From positions 1,736,001 to 1,800,000 of the forward strand of contig OZ287078.1 in NCBI GenBank assembly GCA_965645245.1: a stretch of 64,000 nucleotides of DNA, read 5' to 3'. Positions 37,790 to 49,169 of this stretch are shown piece by piece. Numbering within the stretch: position 1 is the first letter of the stretch; each line of letters starts with the position of its first letter. The notes under the pieces were generated by a model that was not told the DNA's origin, ran no database searches, and saw only the letters and a program-made list of their open reading frames with translations. Both the position numbers and the translations under genes were made by a program. Source of the DNA: Massalongia carnosa (taxonomy: Eukaryota).

Positions 37790-38020
37790 GCGATGTAGGA
37801 CACCAGCGGTGAGGGGGGGGAGGATCGGTGATGGCGGTAGACATTTCCACCGACGAGCTGACCTTCGCCCACCGCATCGTGCAGGCCGCGGGCTTCGTGG
37901 GCCAGATCGAGCTGCTGCAAGGCAATTTCATGAACTTGACCGGCATCCCGCAGCACCACCATATTGGGGGTCCCCTAAGCAGTTCGACGCCATTGTGAGC
38001 TTCTGGGCCTTCTCCATCAC
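37790..38020 (+). pseudogene. Possible class I SAM-dependent methyltransferase fragment
   Basis: VMAVDISTDELTFAHRIVQAAGFVGQIELLQGNFMNL, then in another frame KQFDAIVS (resembles motifs II-IV). Confidence 0.45.
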
Positions 38021-40037
38021 TTCATTCCCCCCTGGACTGTTAGGTTGCGCTGCTCCGCCAATGACGGTGCTACCTGCCCCCCAGGGCGCGTGGTTCTCGA
38101 AGGATCTTTGACTTGACAAGTGGAGATGCCGAGCGATGTAGAACATATGTTCTGCAATCGGCATACATCGCTCGAGATAGGGAAAAGTTTTTCATTCCGC
38201 TCCTTCGATCATTGCAATCGTTTCTTCTCTATACTGTGAGATATACAGCATGCGCAAGAACTTCTCGACATTAGACAAGGTTCCGCGAGCAATCAAGTCA
38301 TTGTCAATGAATGTTCTAAAATTAGACCCTCGAAAGAAGCCGGGTTATTCTTAATCACATGATAGTCAAAAGTCAAGCCTAAATCTTTCTCTGTTCATTT
38401 CATTGTTTCAGCGATTTGCCATGTTGAGCATGAGCAAGCAGATTGATGCAGCTTTCATCCTTAATGTACTTCTTAACTAGATTCTTGACTAAATCTATCA
38501 AGTAATTTCTTTTTCTTAACTTCGGGGACACTAATGATTCCGAACAGATCTTATTTAAATCAGATGCCTGTGATGACTGAAGTAAATCATTTGAAGAAGC
38601 TGAAGTTTCTGACCCCCATAATAAGAATTTTTGGGAAAAAGAGACCCTATACCGCAGCTAAGCGGGTATTGAGTGTATATATATCATAAGAAACATAAAG
38701 GGGTGGTCAATGTATGATATATAATATAAGATGGGAAACAAGAAAATAAAGAAAGAAATAGAATAACATCCACGAAGCAGTAGAAGCCCGCCAGTGACGA
38801 AGTAACAGATGACAGTAAATGGAGAGCGAATGGATAGCAAATTAAGTGGACAGCAGATTAAGTAGTAGTTGGACAACAAATAAAGTAAGAATTTAATTAA
38901 TCAAATACATGAATTGACAAATGCACTACTTCACCTGCTGTTCATCTGCTGCTTCGTTTACTACTTCACCTGTGCCTACTGATGAATATGATGAAATTCA
39001 CGTGTAGGTATAATAGCATGATTGTCATTGAAGGTAATTATCTATGTGGGCTATCGACCTGCTTTTATAGCAGTCACAAAAAGCAGTCACATAACATTGA
39101 TGCTTTAGGCCTCCCATAGCTGCCTGTTAGGCACCTCCATAACTGTCTATTAGGCAGGTGCCTGGCAGGTACCCGTGGGACTCACGATGGATGCCTATAC
39201 TAGTGGTAGTCTGACCATCTAACCGATGGTAGCCTTATCATTTAACACCTACCTTAGGATAATCGTTTCAACGATAGACGTATTAATAGCGTTCCTACAT
39301 ACCACTGAGCGAAGTTTCCCTCGCCGCCAGCTCGCCTTCGCTGGCTGTTGCTTAGATACGCTGAAGGGGAATTGCTCTTTGTGCTCTGCTCTCTGGCCTG
39401 TGGGGCTGGTCTAGTACCTCCTTGAGTAGAGCGAGGATCGTGAGGCCGGAGTTACGGGGACGATTTTTACTCGTGTTTCGCGAGTTCGACGATGAAGGAA
39501 TACGCCATACGGGCCACACCTGTTATGCTAGCATGGAGGCCATCTTGGTGGCCATGCCATACCCCCAAAAACAAACGACTAAAAACAGCAGGCAACAATC
39601 AACTCGGATCTAGCACCTTCGCGTCATGTTGTAGTAATCACTAGATAAATTGGGCCTAGCCCCAACTCCAGCATTAATACCAGCTCCAGCATCAACATCA
39701 AACGCTCTAGCTCCAGTATCAGCTGCCCCAGCACTGTGATTGTGGGTTTGCACGTACTTCCCCTGCGCGTAGTCCCTACGGTAGCTCGGAAAATAACAGT
39801 GGGGGATACTCCTCCGACATGGTGCACGCTCAGCCGGATCAGTCTACGACGTCACCTCGCCTCCCCTTGCGCGTACTCAGTTTTAGAAAGTTCACCTATG
39901 CAGAATTTAGGTTGGCGATGACAGTCTAAGAGATCTGAATCCCTAAGGAGACTAAGTCCACAGGAGCTATTATACCTTACGAGCTCCAGGTCCTTACGAT
40001 AATGCTCTTAGGAGTGATTTCAGATAGGTAAAAGACA

Positions 40038-41396
40038 CTATCGCTCAAGGTCCAAGAGATTTGTTGGCCTCTCAGCGGGGTCTTGATTAACAAAGGCTTT
40101 TGCCTGTTCTCTGAAATCAATGCATATGCAGCGGATTCTGAGGTTGAGACGCGCCTCAACAGCAGCAACAAATTTCTCTCAATCAAGACACATTTTCCTG
40201 CTAACTAATATCGTTGCTTTACGCAGGGATACAGGCGGCTGCGCAAGGTAGAGTCCCTGAAGAAAGGCTGTAATCGTTCTGCTGTCAATCTCATATTGGA
40301 CCGTTTCCAAGACTTCGTCATCGAGAAAGACGTGCTTGCTGAAAAGATAGGCTATCAACTGTTTCTCGGCGTGAGAGGCAAAGAACTTCCCGGGACGCCT
40401 CTGATCGATTTCAGGACTTGCTGGTAGTTGGTGCTCAACTAACCGACATATTCGGAAGACCTCTTCAGTCCAGTCTCCCCGCTAACCGTGGTCAATTCCT
40501 CTTCATGGTGGCCCCATCCGCTCATAGCGTCGACCGGTGGGAACGGAAGCCCTCTGTGCAGTCGGGCTATAGTCTTGGGTTGCCTAGAGATAGTGAAGCT
40601 CTTGATTGGCGCAGACAGTTCTGATGACGAGGTTTGGGGTGATTGATGGAAAGAAAATTGGGAATAATCCGGATCAATAGAATTTGCTGTGCGAAGAGGG
40701 ATCAGAGACGGGGCGGATTGATTTTGGAGCAACTGGACAATTGCTTTGCGCTCCTTATCGGCGTTGTAGGTATGTTCCTTGTAGACTGCACCAACTCTTC
40801 TATCTCTTTCATCAGAATTTCTGTCACTGGGAGAGGCAAGGTTGGAAGCTGTGCGTCCATGGTGATCGCTAAGAGTCCTGTCTGCACCATGGATGGCTGA
40901 GTAAAACTTGGGCGTTCTCAGCCCTACCCCATAGAGCGGCTTCCATTAATAGAGTCCTTCCTCTCCTATTACGTCCATTGACTTTGGCACCATTATCCAA
41001 TAGAAGAGCCACCATGCTTGGTGATCTTTCTGCAGCGGCGTATAAAGTCGTGTCTCCATTCTCATCCATGCCCTGTATGAATATATGCTGCTCGGCTGTT
41101 GTCTTGAGGTAATTCTCCACTTCTCTGACGTGACCAAGGATGCAGTTGGATATAGTGTAGTCAATTATCTTCTGCGAGAGTGTACCGTCCGGATCAGTTG
41201 AATTGTGGCCAGGTAGTGTGAAGATTTTCATTTCTGTGGCATCGTTGAAGGAGACCGATTGTTCATATTCGTCCATGAGATTCAAATTTGATGCTAGACT
41301 TCCAGCAAGCTTTGTAATTTCTTCGGGTTCTGGGTCCTGCGGAATTCCTACAGTCACGAATCTCCCCCCTTTCCTTATCAATCTCGTATGCCACAT
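40038..41396 (-). pseudogene. Ankyrin-repeat plus zinc-dependent deaminase-domain protein
   Basis: Ankyrin repeats GDTTLYAAA...LLLDNGAKVN...GRTLLMEAALWG; AMSGW; FASHAEKQLIAY (His codon 40371-40373) in frame with SRKMCLD* (stop at 40179-40181 where the second Cys is expected); frameshifts upstream. Confidence 0.78.
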
Positions 41397-41624
41397 GCTG
41401 TGTTGTTCGACTTAACGGAAAGCTGAATTGATAACAATGGGCGATCTGATAATACCTGTTCCTATTCCACCTTCTTCCTTATAACTGCATCTCTCAACTC
41501 TCTCGTCGGAGACTGAACAACCCGTAGGGAAGAACTTCGTTTTTCACTAAGAAGCACGTACCTATCATGTCAGAATTCTAGAATCTGTGAACCTACTGTA
41601 AGTGATGATCTTAGGTGGTGGCTC

Positions 41625-44396
41625 CGAGGTGCTTAGGGACAGTCCCCCCCCGACCGTCCCCCCCCCCCCCTTTGTGTAAATCTTTGCTAGTAAACAGCCA
41701 TTTCAATGCTTATCCAGGGTGCGTACAAGCTAGTAATGCAACTGCCAACAGCACACTAAACTCTTTTCGGTTTAAATCGTATGACGTGTTATTGCTACTA
41801 ATATACCCTCACCCTCACCCTCACCACCCTCACTTACCATTTGCACTTGCCTATAAGACAATCGGTGCAGAAAATATGTGATGAGGTGCGGAAAAAACAA
41901 TTAGATCAGGAGATTTTGTGCAATCAACAGCGAATACGCAATCCTAGATTGATCGATAGAAATGCTTTTACGTTACTCATTGGGAAAATTACGCATCATG
42001 CCATTGGCCTCGTTTCAAGAGAACTCGATGCCGCCAAATCATTAGCTGAACGAATCCTTTCTATTGTCCCTGATGGTGGAAGCTGTGTTTATGATTGTGA
42101 GTTGCCTTTAAGGTACGGTCTCCCATGCAAATGCTGGTTGTATAAATGCATCATCGACTCGGTCCCTATTCCCGTTTCCCTCATCCACCCCCGCTGGTTT
42201 TTGTTGGAATACTCGCTTAGCCCCATTAGTTCTAGCTCAGCCCTGCAGGCTGCCATGACTGCTATAAGCAGTCACCTCCGTAGTAATTTCAACATTATGC
42301 CGTCAACTGTTTATTTAACAGGTTATGAGTCTCGGGTTTGTGCTTTGCGCCCCTCCGACGGCATCCTTCATGCATAGACTACATACTATCATGTCGTATC
42401 AAGAAGATGATGAGGTGAAAGTTCAGACGTGGAAAGTGCGAAAACGAAGCGGAAACGACATCGAAAGGGATGAGAAACGAAGCGGAAACGAAGCGGAAAC
42501 GTCATCGAAAGTGGTGTACGTACGAAACGTGCTGAAGAGGACATCTACAATGGGCGGTGCCTCGAAGACTTCACATCTTGCATTACTGGTCAGATCAGCA
42601 AGGGGAGATAAAAGCCCTGCGATCAGGCCACCAACGTCAATGGTCTGCGGGAAAATGTCTAACAGAGACATCGAGAAAAGCCCTGCTCAGGCCATCAACA
42701 AAACACGTCCATAGTACTCTTCCCATCCACCCATACACTCACAAAAGCTACGTTTCGAGAGATGGTTATGGGTTTAATGAGGCTACAAAGCAGGACAACA
42801 AAAGACATAAGAAAGAACTACGTGCTTAAGGGAAATGGAGTCAGAGGGAGCTAGATTCGTTCCACAAGGGGAGCGAATCGGACACAGCTGGATGAATCAC
42901 TTCGCAAGGGGAGTGATAAAAGCTGGATAATTTCAATTTTGGAGGCGAAAGGGGAGCCACGCTCGAAGGGGAGTGTTGGAATACTCGCTTAGCCCCATTA
43001 GTTCTAGCTCAGCCCTGCAGGCTGCCATGACTGCTATAAGCAGTCACCTCCGTAGTAATTTCAACATTATGCCGTCAACTGTTTATTTAACAGTTTTTGA
43101 ATGGCCCACCTTATGCGGTCTCTTGGCAAATGACCTTCGATTTCGCTCGCGGCTCGGAGCCCGAGGTCGAAAAGATCGTCGATGAGGTCGAAGGGACGGG
43201 AGAGATTGAGGCGGATAAGGATGAGGTCGAGCTCGAAGAAGGTGTGTTGAGTGAGGATAGATTTCGCCGCGGGGGCCTTGATTTGCTACATTCTGTGGCA
43301 TATCAATCTATTGACCTGCATCAATCAATAGAAGATTCTCATCGAAGGGAGGAGTACGCTCGCGAGCATGCTCACATCGTTGAAAAGTTCAATAAGAAAT
43401 GGCAAAAGAAGGAGCTGGTAAGACCTCTCATCCCCACCACATTCCCCGACGAAATTCGGCCCAAAGAAAACCTCATGTATAAGAAAGGAGGGAGTCGTCG
43501 ACGTGCCTACACTGGTCGCGAGGCAGCTGAGGCTAGAGAAACTGAACAGCGACGTACTAGGCGAAGGGACTATTGAACAAGGGAGGAGGCTTAGATATAA
43601 TAGATTGCGTGCTGGGGGCGACGATGAGGTTGAAGGTGAAACAGAAGGTAAAATTCACGATGGTGGAAAGTTATTGCGCTCGGGTCGGCTAATATTGGGT
43701 ACAATAGGTTTAGGAGAAAACTTAGTTATGGAGAGAATCAAAAACGCGTCTATCGTCTCCGACGACGATGACGAGGTGCAGTATATAAGCACTCAGCCCA
43801 TTCTCGGTCGTTCTATGGATCCTATGCTTCCTTCGGATGACGAAAATGATATTATTCTTACATCAGAAGCCTCGTCGGATTCGCTCGAAGATATTGACGA
43901 TGTGCTTGCCAGCATAGTCAAAAAGCCCTACCTCAGGCAGCGCTGGCTCCATCTCTTTATAGTCTTAGCCAAAACGTGCGCGCCAGTCAAATTCTCCCTA
44001 CTTCCTCGGCAACAACGCGAAGGTCTCGGGGTGTGGCGAAGAAATCAAAGGCTCAGTTGGAGTTGGAATCTCAGCAAAGAGTCGAGAAATCAGTCAAACA
44101 GGCTAGGGCTCAAGCGAGAAAGGAAACGGCGATGAGAAAGGTGGCTAAAACCATGAAGCCTAGAAAAGATGATGTATCGCAGTTGGCTGACGAGTTTTTG
44201 GAGTTGAAGTCATCGCAATCGGTAGATTTGTAGGTGTGGAATACACTTAGTCAGTAACAGCAACGTTATTAATACGTAGTGTAACTGCTAGCTTGTATGC
44301 ACCCTGGATGAGTAGTAAAAAGGCTGTTTACTAGTAAAGATTTACACAGGGGGGGGGGGGGGGACGGTCGGGGGGGGACTGTCCCTAAGCATCTCG
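41625..44396 (+). mobile_element. Non-autonomous Mutator (MULE) DNA transposon, internally deleted
   Basis: About 120-bp imperfect TIRs (CGAG(G/A)TGCTTAGGGACAGTCCC...); 9-bp TSD TGGTGGCTC at 41616-41624 and 44397-44405; SWIM-like remnant CVYDCELPLRYGLPCKCW...IHPRW; no DDE core seen. Confidence 0.92.
42202..43092 (+). mobile_element. TRIM-like miniature non-autonomous LTR retrotransposon (891 bp)
   Basis: Matching 119-bp LTRs 42202-42320 and 42974-43092; TSD GTTTT at 42197-42201 and 43093-43097; PBS-like GGTTATGAGTCTCGGG at 42321; PPT GAAGGGGAG before the 3' LTR. Confidence 0.93.
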
Positions 44397-44639
44397 TGGT
44401 GGCTCAGGGGCCTAAGGGATAGCATGGTCTTATTAGGCCTAGTTTGGGCTAGCTCGCCGCACATAATGTAATATTAGCTACTGAGATAGAGCTTTTCTTC
44501 TAGACATTCATATTATCAAGAGTTCACCTCTATTCACGAACCTCACTAGGTTCAACAGAATCATCACTAGATTCTAAAATTATGGTTCACGAATCAATCC
44601 AGGTAACTATCAGCTCGGCCGGATGAGCACTCAGTACTC

Positions 44640-46830
44640 TAAACCTAGCTCTTCTTTTGTTTGAGTATGTCTATGAGCTCCTTGATTTGCTCTCCCAGCT
44701 CATCCTTTTCCTTCTTTAGCTAATCCATCTGCCGTTCCATCTCCTCCCTTTGCCTTCCCTCCTTCTCCTTGTTCACCTCCATTTACCGTTCCATCTGCTG
44801 TTCCATCTCCTCCCTTTGCCTTTCCTCTTTCTCCCTTTGCCTTTCCTCCTTCTCCTTGTTCTCTTTCCTCTGCTGCTCCATCTCCTCCCTTTGCCTTTCC
44901 TCCTTCTCCTTGTTCTCCTCCCTTTGCCATTCCATCTGCTGAAGGAGCTTGTCCATCTGCTCCTTTTGCTCTTCGAACAGTTTTTGGGCGCTGGCAGGAA
45001 GAACGGGAATCGCGAAACCTTCGGCATCTCGACCCTGCGAGGGTTGTTGGAAGCCTCGCGAGTCGTCCTCCAAGTTCATCGTACCTGCAGAGAATGATAG
45101 CGTAGAGGAGACTGGGAGAGCTGCGATTGCTTTCTGAAGCCGTTTCAACAGTTTTGAAGCGTGTATCACTAGGATATTGCGAGCAAATTGTGGAGGGCCA
45201 GCAGGCTCTCCTCGTGTGCAATGTCGAAATGCCGAATATAATGGCGATAATACGTCCATTTTTCTTCTTCAACCAAGGCATAATGCCCGTAGAGGCGGGC
45301 ATCTTTTTGATCGTGTGAGATAGAATAGACAACGATCTTGCCAAGCAAGCTCTCGAATTGCTTGTCCTCTCGGTACTGATTCGCCTTTTGCTCGAGCTTG
45401 AGAAGCGCCTTGACCGCCACACTGCAGCTGTGCATGTTCTGCCGGTCAAGTCCCCTGTTGCCACAGTCGACCTCGCACATCAGGAACGGGAAACACATTT
45501 CATCGGTTGATCGCGTCAAGTTTTTAAAGGATGTGTAGTTGGTTTATTTTTCATTTTCTGATACCGTAAAGGCGGAATGGAGGAAGCCAATGGCCAGGTC
45601 AGGTTCAGGCCGAGGTCCTGCCAGAACCCAACTCTCATGCCACTGCGCTCTAACTTGATCGGTAAAATCTTTGAAAATATTTGCTTCGTCCGTTAGATGT
45701 AGTGCTTTGATTGGCGGCAAAATCAGCGTCGTAACATCTCGGCTTACCATTGCTTCATTTGCATTCTGGCAAAGTTCGATCACCTGGAGTATTTTGTCCT
45801 CGGAATAAACAGTAGGAGAGATGGCCACGCATTCCATATTTCGAAGATCTTGGCAAGCCGCCTTGCTGTCTGGAAAAACAAGTTCTCTGCCTTTGATATA
45901 ATTCATGTCCAGACCTTGTGTGAAAATGTACTTTTCGTACGATTTAGTATATTGCTCCGGGAAATTTCCATCCTTACGGCTCTGAGAATAGCTCCGGGAT
46001 TTTTCATCCTTGCTGCTTTGAGAATGATCCGACGTTCGCGGTCGTTTGTTGGTGTTGTTCGAAGACATTGCATGAGACTCTGCAAAGTTGTCGGGCCAGG
46101 TATGGTTCGCGGCCCAGTAACTGATAGGATCGTCTTTTTCTCTCTCTTTCTCTTCGCTTTCTAGGGCTTCGTGCCCTTTTTCCAGCCTCTCAAAAATGGG
46201 ACTGTTTTTTTCAGGTACAGTTTTCTGGAACTGCATCGTTTGCGGTGTTTGCCGTAAGGCCTTACACCTTTTCGGATAGCGATTATTGGTTTCCTCCGAG
46301 CGCGGTGTGGAAGGATGAACTGGGTGGTGTGCGTGGTCCACTACTGCTAGGAGTGCAAGAGAACAAACAAACAAGAGAAGAACAGAACAATAGAATAAGA
46401 ACTATAGCTAGACTGATCACTGTAAGCCTCGCGCCTCGTGCCTGATGCCTGTGAACTGTATGTGTTGATGCTATGTGTTGTGTAGCTATTGCTACGAGCA
46501 TGCTTGCTCTAAAAGGAAAAGAACTATCTATAACTAAACTAAAAGAAAGACTGTCACCTGACTTCCCCTCTACCTTTACCGAGTATCAGCCGAAAAGAAC
46601 CAACTCCCGAACCGCTAGCAATTTGAATTTAGAGTATCACCGCTCCACCCCTACAGCGGTTTTATGGAAAAAATCCTCCTCCTTTTCTTCCTAGATGATT
46701 GCTCGTGTGAGTTGCTTTTTGATGGTGATGGTAGCTGATGATATTCTTCATTCTCGCTTGTGAAAATTTTTTTCTCTGGATCAATGGGCTGGTCCTTAAA
46801 TTTGAGGGACTAGATCTTCAGTTCCTTGTT
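44640..46830 (-). pseudogene. DUF7924-like protein, copy 2 (inverted paralog of copy 1)
   Basis: Near-identical translation to about 34075-35783; its own nonsense change (TTA>TAA at 45544) and indels; interrupted by 46306-46655. Confidence 0.7.
46306..46655. mobile_element. Probable solo LTR (350 bp) of a further family
   Basis: TGT...ACA termini; GCGG duplicated at 46302-46305 and 46656-46659; absent from the paralogous position in copy 1. Confidence 0.65.
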
Positions 46831-47927
46831 ACTTATTTACAGATGACGATATTTCGTTTTGAAAGATAAAACAACTTTTTTTCAAGGTTTATTATCGATG
46901 AACGTCTTGATTTCGATATTCATTGCTTTTTTCATAATTTTTCTCAGATCGAATCTTTAATGTTTTCTTGTAAGATTTAGTCTCGAGTATGATTTTTTCA
47001 AATGAATAAGCATTAATCAATCAAACAGGTTCGAATTTGAGATAATTATCTTCATTTTCATTGTTGTCGTCGACGAATATCATTAAAAAAGCGCGCGATA
47101 TATTTTAAGTCGATTCTTCGAGAGTTGAATCTTCATCAGATCGCTTTTGCTTCAAGATTATCACATGAAAGAATATGTTAATATTAGTCTTAAATACAAC
47201 TGCGATTGAGATTGAATTATTCGTTATAAGATGCTCTTCGATAATTGAGATTGATGATACCTTTTCAGTGATATCATCTTTCGAATTTGATTGATGATGT
47301 GACGAAGGGAGATAGTGAATAGATTTCTACCATTGTGTCAGGGCATAGAAGGAATAAGGGCTAAGCTAACTAAGCGGGGCTTAGTTCTACGGCTAGGCTT
47401 AGTCATATGGAAAGCAGTTGGTCTGCGTTACGCGGTTGGTATCTACTGCCGAGAGTATAGTACGAGCGATCGAGATATACGAGGATGCTCGTACGACTAG
47501 TGAGCGGATGGTACGATACAGTCAGCACAATGTCCACGATACAGTCAGCACAGTGTTTACGATACAGTCAGCACAGTGTCCACGATGCAGTCAGCAGAGT
47601 GTTTAGCCGGCTTATCCGGTAGGAGTAATGGGCGGTCAAGATAGTTACAGTATCAAGGGCCCAGAGGGTCAAGGGCTTCGGTCCGGGTATATAAGGAGGC
47701 TGCTCGAGGGAGATGCAATCTTCAACGATTAGTCTTCCGCTTTACCTACATACTTCTTTTAGTATATTAGTATAGCAAATCATTAGTGTCTTCACATTGT
47801 CACATATCCCTAGGCCTGGTGTCTGATAATCGCCAGGTCTGACTCTTACAATTCTAATCGTTCTATCCTTCAAGGAGTGACGATCCGTTGACACATTTAT
47901 ACACCTTCTATACACTATCGTCCCGCC

Positions 47928-49169
47928 ATGTCCGCGCAAGAAGTTGCCTCTGATACCATGATGCCGGAGGAGCGGATCGAAGAACTTTCGGATTCTGAGG
48001 GCCCTGGAAGAGGAGCCCTGACCCCAATGGAAAAAGTAGTCGAACCCATTCAACCCCTGACGTTGGACGAACAGATAGCGCAAGCTGAGCGCAGGCGTAG
48101 CGAACTTAAGAAGGAAGTACGTCTGAGGAATTTGAAAGCCAGTATTGAGCAACTGCAAGAACAAACTCAAAAGCCTTCGAAACCTCCAAACCCTACCGGA
48201 TCATCCAAGGAACCGGTAATGAGAGGAGCCATTAACCCTCGTTCTGACGACGATGTAGAGATGACGAGTAGCCAGTCAGTACCTGTTGTTGTTTACAGGA
48301 GACGCGCTGCTAGACCCGAGAAAGTCAGTCCCTATCATGGAAAAACGGTCAAGGAACATCTGGATTATGAGCGGAACTGTAGAGTGGCGTTTCGCGTGGC
48401 AAAAGAGGACTTCCCAGATGATGAATCCAAGATCGCTTTCGCAATGCAATCGCTGGAAGGGGAGCCTAAGGAAGCTTGGCATCGATATGAGGCAGACGGT
48501 GAAATGCACAATTATACCTTCGAAGAGTACTTGAAATTCTTGTTAAATATTGTCGAGGACCCAGTTAATCGAGGTCTGCATATGGCCCAATTATTTGCCG
48601 AAGCCAAGCAAGGAGAGAAGCAAACGGTAAGAGCTTTCGAGGCGCACTTGAGTAGCCTCGAGGACCAGTTGCCCTCCTATACCGAAGAACAAAGAGCGAC
48701 TCATCTGTTTACTAAGTTGCGGCCGTCTATTAGAGCAGCTATAGGCAACTATCAGAATATTCCAAGGACTAGAGAAGCTCTGGTGACTCTGGCCAGTAGG
48801 CTGGAAAACAATCAGAAAAGAGAAAACGATGTCTTAACGACGTCGAAGCATGAGCGTCCAAATGGTTCTCACCCCCCTCGCACTAAATCACATAGAGATA
48901 AGAGGAACGAGGAGATAAAGGACACTGACAAACCAAAACCTACGAAAGACGGTAAAAGGGGTCAGAAAAGAAAGCATGCTGAGACAAAGGAAAGTACCGA
49001 CGAGGTGACATGTTATCGCTGCGGAGAACAGGGTCACTACGCCAACAAGTGTCCCAACCCTCCTAAAGACGACAAGGAGCCGAAGCACGGTGTGAACGCC
49101 GTCGCAAAGTCGGGAAAAGCCAAACCTCCACGGAAAGCTCGCCAGCCGATGGAGGGAAACGATCAGTAG
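47928..49169 (+). CDS. gag: Gypsy Gag
   Basis: 413-aa ORF; CCHC knuckle CYRCGEQGHYANKC. Confidence 0.92.
   Translation: MSAQEVASDTMMPEERIEELSDSEGPGRGALTPMEKVVEPIQPLTLDEQIAQAERRRSELKKEVRLRNLKASIEQLQEQTQKPSKPPNPTGSSKEPVMRGAINPRSDDDVEMTSSQSVPVVVYRRRAARPEKVSPYHGKTVKEHLDYERNCRVAFRVAKEDFPDDESKIAFAMQSLEGEPKEAWHRYEADGEMHNYTFEEYLKFLLNIVEDPVNRGLHMAQLFAEAKQGEKQTVRAFEAHLSSLEDQLPSYTEEQRATHLFTKLRPSIRAAIGNYQNIPRTREALVTLASRLENNQKRENDVLTTSKHERPNGSHPPRTKSHRDKRNEEIKDTDKPKPTKDGKRGQKRKHAETKESTDEVTCYRCGEQGHYANKCPNPPKDDKEPKHGVNAVAKSGKAKPPRKARQPMEGNDQ

Noticed and set aside
37790..38020. Methyltransferase fragment as a member of the biosynthetic cluster
   Set aside because: Fragmentary and more than 23 kb from the cluster; nothing links them.
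47513..47605. Tandem 23-bp repeats (also near 22893 and 53573) resembling a CRISPR array
   Set aside because: No spacers, eukaryotic context, and they lie within LTRs.
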